Part shown: positions 1 to 11,498 of the stretch, one piece after another
Position numbering within the stretch: the first letter of the stretch is position 1
How the letters are laid out: each line of letters opens with the position of its first letter
NCBI RefSeq assembly: GCF_964204645.1
Contig: NC_134031.1
Location: forward strand, 4,712,001 to 4,776,000
Direction: 5' to 3'
Length of the DNA: 64,000 nucleotides
Source: Tubulanus polymorphus
Taxonomy: Eukaryota; Animalia; Nemertea
Translations under genes and position numbers: made by a program
The notes under the pieces: generated by a model
The model's database searches: none
What the model was told of the DNA's origin: nothing
The model's input: the letters and a program-made list of their open reading frames with translations, nothing else

Positions 1-1
1 T

Positions 2-3000
2 AACCATCTAGATTACATCGAGCCGGGCACGTTTACGAATTTGAAATATCTGCGATACCTGAATCTAGGGCGTAATCGTTTGGAATACCTGGCTAGCAGT
101 ATGTTTGACGGGCTGCACAAGCTGCGCACGATCAACCTTCAAGCGAACGGCCTACGCGTCGTTCCCGACGTCGTCAAATCGTTCGCGCGTCTCAACGATC
201 TGAATCTCGGCGAAAACCGCATCGTCGAATTGCCGAAGGACACTTTCGTCAAAAATCCGAAAATCCGTCTGCTCAACGTGAGTCACAACGCGATCGCGAC
301 GATGCACCGAGAAGTTCTGAAACCGCTGACGCATTTACGGTACTTTCTCATCAACGATAATCCGTTGGGCGACGCCGGCAGCGAGTTGGACTTGACCGCG
401 AATCGGCGTCTGTACTTCATCGACATGTCCGATACGATGCTCCGCGCCGTCCCGAAGAATCTGCCGGCGACGCTGTTCGACTTGCGTCTGCCGCGCAATC
501 TCATCGATTGGATCTACGTCGAAGACTTCAAAAACACGACCGCGTTGGACATTTTGATCTTGAACAACAACGCGATAACACACATCGACGACGCGGCGCT
601 GGTCAACTCGACGAATCTACGCGAATTGTGGCTGAATCACAATAAACTACAGCGCATGCCGTCATTACCGTCTAGTCTGCGCTCGCTTTACGCCGACTTC
701 AACGAAATCTACGAAATCCAACGCAAGACGTTCGCGTCGTGTCCGCGTTTGGAGTTCCTATCGATGCAAAAGAACAAGATTCGCGACATCGAAGCAGAGA
801 GCTTCAAGAACTTGTCGCTGCGATCGGTCGACTTGAGCGCGAATCGAATTCTCGAGTTGAAAACGTTCACGTTCTGCGACCTGAAGAACCTCGAGAAACT
901 CGACTTGTCGGTGAACCCGCTCGTCAAACTGGACGCGCAGAGCATGCACAACGTCGACAATCTACGCGTGCTTCAAATGGCGCGAACAAACGAGAAATCT
1001 CGACGCGAATTCGACGATGGCGGCTCCGATTTGGACATGTTGGAACGCATGGCCCATCTGACACACCTCGACTTGTTTAACAGTTCCGGAATCGCCAAAA
1101 AATGGATCGCCTCGAGAAAAGTTCTCCGAAAGGTAACGACACGAGAAATTTCCATCGATCGATTTTAGCCCCAATCACAGGGAGGTACCAACCGAAGCCT
1201 GTTTGACCAGGGCCATATTGGCCGGACCAAAAACGTCAGACCAGGCCCAGTCATGGGTCAAATTATAGCATGTGTATTGTAACTGGTTCCCAAAGTGATG
1301 CACTTTGCACTTAGTGGTTTACATGTGAACGTACTCTCTCATTAGTAGGCACGGACAGAATTCGACCTGGTCCCAATCCGTGCTAATTTGGCCCGGGGCA
1401 AATCATCTGTGATCGCGGCTTATATTGGCAGAATCATATAAAATTCAAGTGTCTCTCACATAACGCGCTACTGTTAACACTTGACACTGAGAGCCCAAAA
1501 GTTTGACCATTAAATTTATCTTTGAACTGATTATTGGAATCATAAAGTCAATCCTAGGAGGTCTATAAATTGAAACGAAACACAGGATTTCTATAAACGA
1601 TTTCTTAAAATGCACATACAATCAAACCCTCTGAATCAGCTTATCCCAGATTAAGATCTAATTGAGATATTATTGACAATCCACATATATATATATAAAT
1701 ATAGTGCATAAAATATGATGTTTAATCTGGTTTTTCTGACTTTCGTATATTAGCACCCATTACTGGCATAATTTCATTCAGAACTACTAGGAAACTAAAT
1801 GAATTTTGTCGGTCGCAACTAATCCAAATTAAGCGAGGTTTGCCTGTACTCATCATCTGGACTAATATAATATGCGCGGGTACGATAAACAAAATTTCAG
1901 TCATACCAATCCCTAGTTTAGGAATTGCTGATCCTTCCGATCGTCGGCAGTTTTCGGTTTCTATCACAATATTTTCATAGAACGAATATTATGTGGTTTA
2001 GTCTGGCGCGTTCTGCTAGGTACCGCCGCCGACAACGTCGTATTTTCATAACTTTTTCCTCTACGAACCTCGTATTTCATAATACATTTTTTTCCCCGAG
2101 CATCGACGAAAAAATACTACGCTATTTTGTCTACTATAACGAATCGGGTGCTGAAGTATTTCACCGTTTCCACGCCGCCATTCTAGTATATATCGAAGTA
2201 GTCAAACGATTTTACGTACTATGAACTTCTATTATGGGCAGGCAATCATTGAAATATGCACCGCGGCACTTAACACATCGGATTAATTACATTAATTTTC
2301 ATTAACCTCGTTATCTGATCGCGGTTATAAGGGCAGACTCTGATTCGCGTTTTAAAGAGACTCTCGACGAAAGTTTTATCACGGATGATGTTTATTTAAA
2401 AAGCAACTATTTCATTATTTCCGATGTGAATTCCCCTGCGTTACATATCGGCCTGAACCCAGGCGCACGTGCGTATGCAGCTACCAATAGATACTTTCAA
2501 CACACGTGAAAAAAACTTTTAAAACACTTAACGTATCCATATCAGTTTGCGGTAATGAAGATGTTAGATGAATTGAATTGAGGTTCAGTGAGACAGCCGG
2601 TGTCTTCTAATCAAACTAATTATGTGCAGTGGGTAAGCGATTAAGCCATCAACCTTATATTACAACTGGTAATCATCAATCCAAAGCTGCAATCACACGA
2701 GCATTTTTGGCACGGGTCAAATTTGCCCTGCGCCAAATTAGGCCGGAACAACCGTTCACGCCAATGCCAGAAACATCCGGGCAAGCCCGAGGCCAAATTT
2801 TGGAAAGGGTGAGAAAGTGTGAATTGCAACTGGTTCCCGAAGTGACTCATTTCGCTTTGTTTAAGTATTGTTTAGTATCGAGTGAGTGGTTTACATGTGA
2901 ACACGCACTCTAATTAAGCATGGACCAAATTTGGCTCGAGTCTGATCCGTGCCTCCATGTGATCGCGGCTAAGGATCATGGATAGAAACTCTGGCCTACA

Positions 3001-6000
3001 ACCTACAACATTGAGTGGGAATTCTAAAATGTATCATAAAAGCCAGTGTGTTATCTAGCTAAAATTATGAGATCCATATAGAATTTCAATAGGAACAATA
3101 TAGGAACAATATTTCGCACACTGACAAAAGCAATAATGAAACAAATCGTAATATCTTATCAGTTACATAATACAGCAATCATATCGAATATCCCAAAGTC
3201 CAGTATAAATCATGTTGCGAAATTTATACACGGAAATCTATGTTTCCAACATGAATATCTGTCAATCAGACCAGGGACATAAGGCTAAGATAAGATGATA
3301 CCGTGTTTTTCCTAATTGGCCGGGTCACTTTTGTAAACTGCACTTAAATTTGCAATCAATTCATTTCTACAATTGCTGTGTCTGTTATGGTTAACTTGAT
3401 CATGATTTTGATAAAAGTTATGTACACGGTAATAAAGGCAGCCAGGCCGAGTCAACTTTTAAGCTCAGCAGAAATGAGAAAGAAAATATCAAGGTTAATT
3501 TGCGCAAAGTGAAATAAATTTTGTCGTCGTTTCAGGTTCAAGATTTGAACTTGATGTTCAACGAACTGATAACTCTACCCCAAGACCTGCCGATGTACGT
3601 GCCTCAAATACGCAACATCAAACTCGCCGGCAACAACTGGCACTGCAACGCATCGTTAATCTGGTTCCACTATTGGATCAAACGTTTTCCGAACTTGTTC
3701 TTCGCGCGGCACCACATCGTCTGTTACACTCCGTTCAAGCTGCGTTACCGGCCGATATTCACTGTGCCCGTGCACGAATTCCGTCGCGTGAAAGGACCGC
3801 CGAGCGATAAGCCCCCATTCCCGAAATGTGACCAGTGCGACGACAACGCGGCCAAACCGGAGGAAGGTATTGATATTATCATTATAATTACCATTATTTT
3901 TTATTGTTATCATTATTATCATTATCATAGTTATAATTATCACAAATATCATGAAACTGTTATGACCATGCACGGATTGCACATGGGTCCAGTGCCTTAT
4001 AAGTTCAGCCCTCAAAGGCTTGCGCTATTCCGCATTGCAAAAATAACCTAATCTCGTAACGTAGTGACATAAAAATAAATTATCAATATCATTATTATTT
4101 CTGTAAGGATCACCGGAGAATGATGATGTTGAAGGTTCAACGACGACTGGTAAACACGGTGAGCCCGTTAAACACAGCGGTACGCGTCATGACGAGAACG
4201 AAGACATCGGCGGTCCGTTAGATCCGAGAGTCGTCGAACCGGCTACCGACCGCGACGACGGTCTCATCATCGAAACGCACACCACTAAACCGGACTCTAA
4301 ACCGGAAATCGTAAGTCGAACACGCACGAAAGATCCAGAAGAAGTTGAATCGGTGATCCATGAAAAACCAAAAGAAGATATTGAGGAAACGGCTGATATA
4401 CAAGTGGCACCCGAAGGTAACATCTCTTAATGGATTACAAATCAAACCAATAATGCTCCTGAATATGCCTAAAATGTCGAAATAAATTTCGATTTTTCAG
4501 ATGTTAAAACAACCGTACAGAGCGCACCTGAGAAACTACCCGAACAACAAACACCCGAACAAACAATTGAACTGAAGAAAACTGAAGCATCAATTGATAT
4601 AAAGGCTGATGAATCTGAAAGTAAAGCTAATATCGATGTCATAGATAAAACGAAACCGACTTCACATATAGATGTGGACAATGAAATAGCCGGCATCGAC
4701 GTAGATGTAAAAACTAGTGAAAATACTTCTGACGAAAAACAGAATGTAAACGTAGATATTGATGTTAAAGAAACCGTAGAGCTTAAGGGCAAAACAACGT
4801 TTAAACAGCTAGAACCCACTAAAGCGTCAATAATTAAACTCACTACTAAGATTTTAGAGGGTGATGATATGCCAAAGGTAACGAAACCTGTAAAACAACT
4901 AGAAATGGGTGAGATAACTAATGATAATGAAGTAGATGATGTAGTTAGTTCGATAGTTAATGGCCATATTATTGATGAGAAAGAAACTCCTGAAGACAAT
5001 TTGAAAGGGGAGGATGTGATAGAAAATGAGGGTGTAGAAGACAAAGACACAAAAGTAGAAAGTAAAGAAAAATCTGAAACTGAGGTGAAAAGTGATGTGT
5101 TGATTGATATCGGTAAATCTGATACTAGAGTTGATATAGATGTCATAGATGAAACTGCACCTACACCTCATACAGATATTGATATAGTGGATCAGAAACT
5201 AGAAAATGAGGGGGAAGAAGAGAAAGACACAAAAGAAGAAAGTAAGGAAAAATCGGAAACCGAGGTTAAAACTGAGGTATTGATTGATATCAATAAATCT
5301 GATACTAAAGTTGATATAGATGTTATAGATGAAACTGCACCTCAAACAGATATAGATAAAGCAGATTTAAATCTTACTGATACATCAGTAATAAATGAAG
5401 CATCGATTGATAACAATGTTGATAAATCAGATGTTACTATAGATGTTATAGATGAAATTGTACCAACATCACGTATAGATGTCGAAGATAAAATAGCTGG
5501 TATCAACGTAGATGTAAAGCCTAGTGAAATTACTTCTGGAGAAAGTCAGGGTGATAATCTAGATATAATTGAAATTGAAGGTAAAAGGAAAACAACATTT
5601 AAAGAACTAGAACCGACTAAAGCTACGATTACAAAGCTCACTACTAAGATTCTTGAGGGTAATGATTTGCCAAAGGTAACAAAACCATTAAAACAACTTG
5701 AAAAGGGTGATAAAGTAAATGAGGTGGTCGATGATAATGTAGTGAGTTCGATTGTAAAGAGTGATATCAATGAAAAAGATGAAACTTCCAAAGAAGACTT
5801 GAAAGGAGAGGATCTTATGGGTAAAGAGTTGACAAATGAGAAAGAATTCGTAGATACAAGAGAAGAGAGTAAGGTTAAATTAGAAACATATGAGAATGAC
5901 CAAGATGAGGGCAAAGTGAATGAATTTGGTGAATCTGGCTCAGGTATGGAGCCTTTAATCCATAAGGAAGAGGTTGAGATGGAAATTGATGATGGAGATG

Positions 6001-7172
6001 AAGAGAATAATTGGGGAGATGCAACAGAAGATACAGTTAAAGAAAAGCAATCCGAGTTCAGTAGTGGAACATTTGAAGAGAACAATAAACAGAAGCTCGA
6101 AGATAATAAAGAAAGTGAGAAAAGATTAACAACAATCGTAGAGGAGACACAGGAGAACAATCTGGAAGGTGGACAGGAAGAAAAATCAGATGAATTGTTA
6201 ACAGAGGGTACACCTATTGCCCATGTAGATTCAGATCAAGAAGAAAGCGGCGAGGCAATAACCGACGAAAGTAATGTAGCTAAGATGATTAATAAGGAAA
6301 ACGCAGTTACAGATGATGAAAACATGGACAGAAAGACCGGGTTACAGGCAATTAAAGAATTTAAAGTCGAAGATGAAAAGATAGAAGAAAAGGAACCGGC
6401 CAAAAAGACAGGATTACAGATAATCAAAGAATACAACGTTGACGAAAGTATTAGCAAGGAGAGCGAAAAACACACGCAATCATTGGAGGAAATAGAACCG
6501 GAAGAGAGAGAAACCGGACTGCAAGAAATCAAAGAATTTCAAGTAGACGAAAATATTGAGTCACCGACAGAAGGGAAAATTTCAACAACAGAAACGGGAA
6601 GTAAAACTGGAGATTTCAGAAATAAAGAAACCGGGTTGCAAACCATTCAGGAGTTCCACGTCGACGAAAACATCGACGAAACTCCTGATGACATCGACAT
6701 CATCCCAAAGAGAATGACGACGAAAACTTTGGAAAGTTCTCGAAATTTCACCACGAAAAAAGTGACGAAAGTCCTCGAAGGAAAGACATCGGTGAAACCA
6801 TCGTTCAAAACGACGAAATTCAAAACGCTCGAAGGAAAATCAACCGTTCACGGAAAGGATCATTCGACGAAGCACTTCTTGCGCACGGGAACAACAAAGA
6901 GTATCAAAAGATGGACGACGCGTAGACCAAATATGGATAGTTCACTTCATGCAATACTTAAAGGCCAAACGACACCTCCGAGGGATGATATCGAAACGCT
7001 AACTATACCTGACAAGTCGACTGTAGCCGATTCACCAGTCGATTCGAAAAACGTCGACTTGCACAAGTCCGAGGATGAGAATACTAATACAAAACAGGAT
7101 ACGACTTATCAAGAACAACTGAAGAAAGACGAACAGGTTTGGCAAATGATGGGCAAAATGTTCGGATTTTGA
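2..7172 (+). CDS. LRR + LRRCT protein with a long acidic, internally repeated C-terminal region (5'-partial; exons ~2-1132, 3536-3866, 4108-4416, 4501-7172)
   Basis: The frame is open from base 2 with many LxxLxLxxNxI repeats. Exon 2 has an LRRCT-like NNWHCNASL...IVCYTP motif. GT-AG junctions join in phase (0,1,1) into the 832-aa Asp/Glu/Lys/Thr-rich ORF ending MGKMFGF*. No transmembrane segment is visible. Confidence 0.85.
1167..1421. mobile_element. MITE with AGCCGCGATCACA-like termini (second copy ~2684-2972)
   Basis: Both copies share AACTGGTTCCC.AAGTGA...AGTGGTTTACATGTGAAC and end in TGTGATCGCGGCT. Confidence 0.6.
3288..3492 (+). repeat. Dispersed repeat, second copy at ~53824-54041
   Basis: ATAAGGCTAA...GATACC...CCTAAT.GGC.GGGTCA...AACTTGATCATGA...AAGCTCAGCAGAAATGAGAAA is present at both loci. 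Confidence 0.7.
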
Positions 7173-8026
7173 TCGTGACGGAGTTTTAGACGAACGCGAT
7201 TGAATCATAAAATAATGAGGGTTTAACGCGTGCAAAACGACGTACTTTCAATCGATCAGTATTATATTCGTAACACCGGGGAAAATGAGATCGTCGGGAC
7301 ATTCCGAGGATGGAATTTGGTAATCGAAAATTGTATATATGAAATGCAGTTACGTAAGCGCGATATCGCTAATACCTTTCATTAACGACGCGAGATCATT
7401 CGAACAATAATACCGAGGTAACATTCTACTAAACAGACAAGCTTATATCGATATTATAGATCCTGTAATCTGGATATTATTAGTATAAGTGCTGAAATGA
7501 AACACAGTTTGTCATGCTTGTTTATTTCATATGTACATGTATTATATAGGTAGGCATATGGTTCGCATTTTTACCTTCGTACGAGATATTTCTACTAATT
7601 TCCATATGTATCTACGAAGCTGAACAGAATGTAGAATTGCTAGGTTGATTGAAAGATGAATGCTTTTAGCATAGTATATCAAAAATGACGGGGTCCGCCT
7701 CGTCATAATAATGTGAATTTTGCATAAAAACCTGTTTTGGGTAGTGTGTTTTCTCACAAAAAACCGCTATGATATAGTTTAATCATTTTTTGGTCATATT
7801 TCTCATGATACATTATATAAGTTTAATATTTGTGATTTTATATGTAAATACGACTTTATTATATTAAAGTTCAGAAGGTACTTACAATCTTATCTATGCA
7901 ACACTAATTAGAGCAACAAAATATCATACTTTATACACGAATGCATCAAATATATTTGCATAAAATAAAAGCTGATTTCTGTACAAAAATAAGAAAATAG
8001 TCATTTTTCTTTCATTAAAGTCCAGG

Positions 8027-8530
8027 CAGGGTCCCTGCAGATCAGTCATTCCTGGATATACCAGTAAGCAGTTTTAACAGGGTCCCTACAGATCAGTCAT
8101 TCCTGGATATAAGGAGTTTTAAAGGAGAAAGTTTGATATTTCAAGGAAGCATCTGCATCACTTTCATATCCCAATTACTGTAGACTCATCATAAATCAGT
8201 AACTGTTAATCTCGGAAAACCATTAATTTGATGTTTTTGTAAGTTAAGTTTTATCCGTTACCCTACCTAAACTTTATCTTATTCGGTAATCGCCTTATTG
8301 GGTTAAAAAATAATCCATGTCCCAACTATATCAATTTAGGGATAGTCTACTCACACAACTGTACAACTTCAAACTAGACCAAATTTACTATCTGCCTATT
8401 TCTCAAATTTCATGGAGTTTTAAAAGAGTTATCGGCATTTTATCTAAATTAAAGGAGTTTCAAGCAACTTTAAAAGCACTTTCCGTTTAGAAAAAGTATT
8501 TTAAGGAATCAAGGAGTCGTAGGGACCCTG
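8027..8530. mobile_element. Dispersed MITE with CAGGGTCC termini (other copies ~34668-35090, 45302-45645, 46636-46730, 49520-49880)
   Basis: The copies share the body ...GGAAGCATCTGCATCACTTTCATATCCCAATTACTGTAGACTC...GGAATCAAGGAGTCGTAGGGACCCTG in both orientations. Confidence 0.7.
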
Positions 8531-8581
8531 TAGTCACACCTGCTCAATCTAGATTTCCTAGACTATCCGGATTGTGGTTGT

Positions 8582-9264
8582 GCTGGGTTCACACACACAA
8601 CTTTTTGAAGAGAAAATTGAGAAGTTGTCTCAACTTCTCGATTTCTCAACTTCTGACCCGGTTAGATAAATAAACAAAGTTGTGTCAAAATGTGTGTTCA
8701 CACACACAGCTTAATTCACACAACTCCAGCTGGGCGTAGATGCAGCAGTGCATAGAAGGCATAGAAGGATGAACAAGAAATTGCAATTTAAGCAGAAATC
8801 AAAAAGATAATTGTGATAAAACGACTTTGGCCTATCCAGCATCCATATGGATATATCATGCCCGGTGTTAGGGGATCCTGGTACCGCCTGACTCCAGAAA
8901 TTTTAAAGAGAATTCATGAGTCTCATATATCAATTATCTGATAGACATGCGATTGATGAGATTTTAAAGGTTTATTCTTTTATTGTAGAAATTGTAGAAA
9001 TATATTGCCCTCTCTTACCAGAAAGGAAGACTATTAAAATGCGCGCGAATATACTGCATGTTGATTGGTTAGATTTCTCTCAACTCCTCGACTGAGTTGA
9101 GAGAAATAGAACATGTTCTATTTCTCTCAACTAGTCGAGACTAGAGTTGTGTCGAGGAAAATCGAGCAACTTTTTCGTTCACACACATGACTCACTTCAA
9201 AATAGTTGTCCTCGACTGTGAGTTGCTTGATTCCTCGACGAAAAATCGTGTGTGTGAACCTAGC
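8582..9264. mobile_element. MITE (Harbinger-like termini)
   Basis: TIR GCTGGGTTCACACACAC / GTGTGTGTGAACCTAGC, with internal GTTCACACACA sub-repeats. Confidence 0.7.
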
Positions 9265-10891
9265 ATAAAGTTATTTATCACAGGCCAACCTGAGCAGTGG
9301 ATGAATGACATCAAGGATAATAGAAAGATCATCATCTTCTATCTATCTAGTAAGAATGTGTGTCACATGAAAAAAAGATCAACCCCATTCTTCATTAGTG
9401 CAAATATTTTCGTTACATGTACCTAGAACAACACCACGCCACTGTCTGGTAATCTTTTAAACGATTTTAAATCTATCTTTACACACCCGGCTTATATCAT
9501 CACGACAAACGCCGCACACCAAAAGCTATAAATACCCATAACCTGGTTTCATAACCCTATTTCGCCGGAATCTAAAACTAACAATCTGAAAAGATAGTAT
9601 CCCATTTCGAATCCGACTCTAAATAAAGTCAGTAGGAATTTACGAAAATTCCTAAATGATTGTCCGAACTAATTATGCCAAAGTGTAGATCATTTTTCAA
9701 ATTTGTACGTATTTACATTTCTACAACGTGTTCGCGCTGCTGTAGTTCGCCATTCAAGGATTTTTTTCTTACGCGCTCATTCTGAGTTAACATGCATTTT
9801 AGTTTAGCCTACAGACGTAAGTTTACAAACACGAGTGACTGGCTTGTTTACGAAAATTTCTAAACCAAAAAGTCTATTAAATAGTAATTACTACGAGCAG
9901 GCTATGTTTGTTTTAATGAAACAATGCCACTAACAGACAAAAGAATCGTATGAAATTTGATATACATCCCATCGCACTAGCCGTCTACAAGGCCTCCCAC
10001 AAATACCGGTATCTTTCCGGAAAAACCTATCGCGATAACGTTCGAATATGAACTAAATCTGTCCATGGTTTAAATCACGTGAACCCGCAGGAATTTCATC
10101 CATACGAGGAAGTATTTTTGCCAGACGACAAATAAACAAACATCAAACGTAGAGAAGAACTGAGCGACGAAGTCAAGTCTCCGCTCTTTCAAAAAATGAT
10201 CAAACTTTTATAGCACGTTCATTTGATGACAGCATCGCTGATAGCAACACGCCATCGAAATCTACTATCAGTAAGCTTTGAAGTTTATTTTTCATTCCGG
10301 TCTATACACTTCAGTCCGTTCATAATTTTATAGACAAAACAATCTACAAAAGTAAAGATTGTGTACATAGTTCCACCCACTTGCGCTACAACTTCCCATG
10401 GAATCTTGCCGAGGAGAGTCTCTTTTTGTGTATTATTTGTTTTATCAGCGAACTTGACTGCACTGCAGAGAACAATTCGCATGGCTTCAGTCACGTTCAT
10501 CGAAACTTAAAAGCTGATCGTTTAAAATTTGATGGATGAGACGTATACTAGAGAGTAACAGGATTACTAGAGTGCATATTGTCAGGCTACAAAAACTGTA
10601 ACCAGCGTTTTCACTGGTGCTAAAACGTCATCTAATGACTGATAGGGCTTAGCAAGTTACCAGTAATGTTGTGGTTAACGGATAAATATTTCTACCCTAA
10701 GCTCAACTAATGGTTTGGACAGTTATTGCTGGGACTTGATAGCTTAATATACCTAAGACTTAATATTCTCTATAAGTTTCAACTAAGCGTAATGCTGTTC
10801 GTACCTAAACAGATATAAACACCTACGCCTATATATTATCCCAATGATAATTGCAGAATTGCCAAGACAAATTTTGCCGATAACCGTTCAC

Positions 10892-11091
10892 CAATTGACA
10901 AATAAGAATCCACAATTGAAGGACTGTAAAACTGCAAAAGGATGTTAATTTTTCAACTCAATCTATGAACCCTTTTCAAAAACTTATTTTTTCAAAAACT
11001 GGTTTTTGATAATGGCTCATAGAATTGAGTTGAAACGTTTTTTTTCAAGTCTTACAGTTTTTCTTCAATTGTCGGTTTTATTCGTCAACTG
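10892..11091. mobile_element. Fold-back element with a decayed hammerhead core
   Basis: tTGATaA-T-GGCTCA(tagaat)TGAGTT-GAAA-CGTT at 11006-11039, within imperfect inverted arms. Confidence 0.5.
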
Positions 11092-11498
11092 AATAAGACT
11101 GCGAGTTGTCTACGAAAACCAACCGTTCTCCAAGTACGAAGAGCCTATGCCTAGATTTCAATGCACCAAAATAGAAATAAACATCGATATCTCAATGATA
11201 TATAGATGTAACAGTCCGCGTACAGACTGGCCCCTCTTGTTATCAATGTCAGGAAGGCTATTATAGATCATATCATACTAACAATACACACGTTGTGCGG
11301 TGGAAATGATTTATTACATAAATCAGACTCCCGTCTCCGGTTTAAAAATCATATCATCAAGATTAAAACCATAAAAGTCGTAGTGGTTAAAAACAGGAAG
11401 GAAACTCATGAACTGAAGCCCTGATGAATAGTTAATATTTCTCACACTAGATGTCAGCACATGACCGAACTCAGAACTATTTTCTCAAGTGAACTTAC

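Noticed and set aside
4469-6532. Long Ser/Phe/Leu-rich minus-strand ORFs
   Set aside because: They are antisense shadows of the acidic exon.
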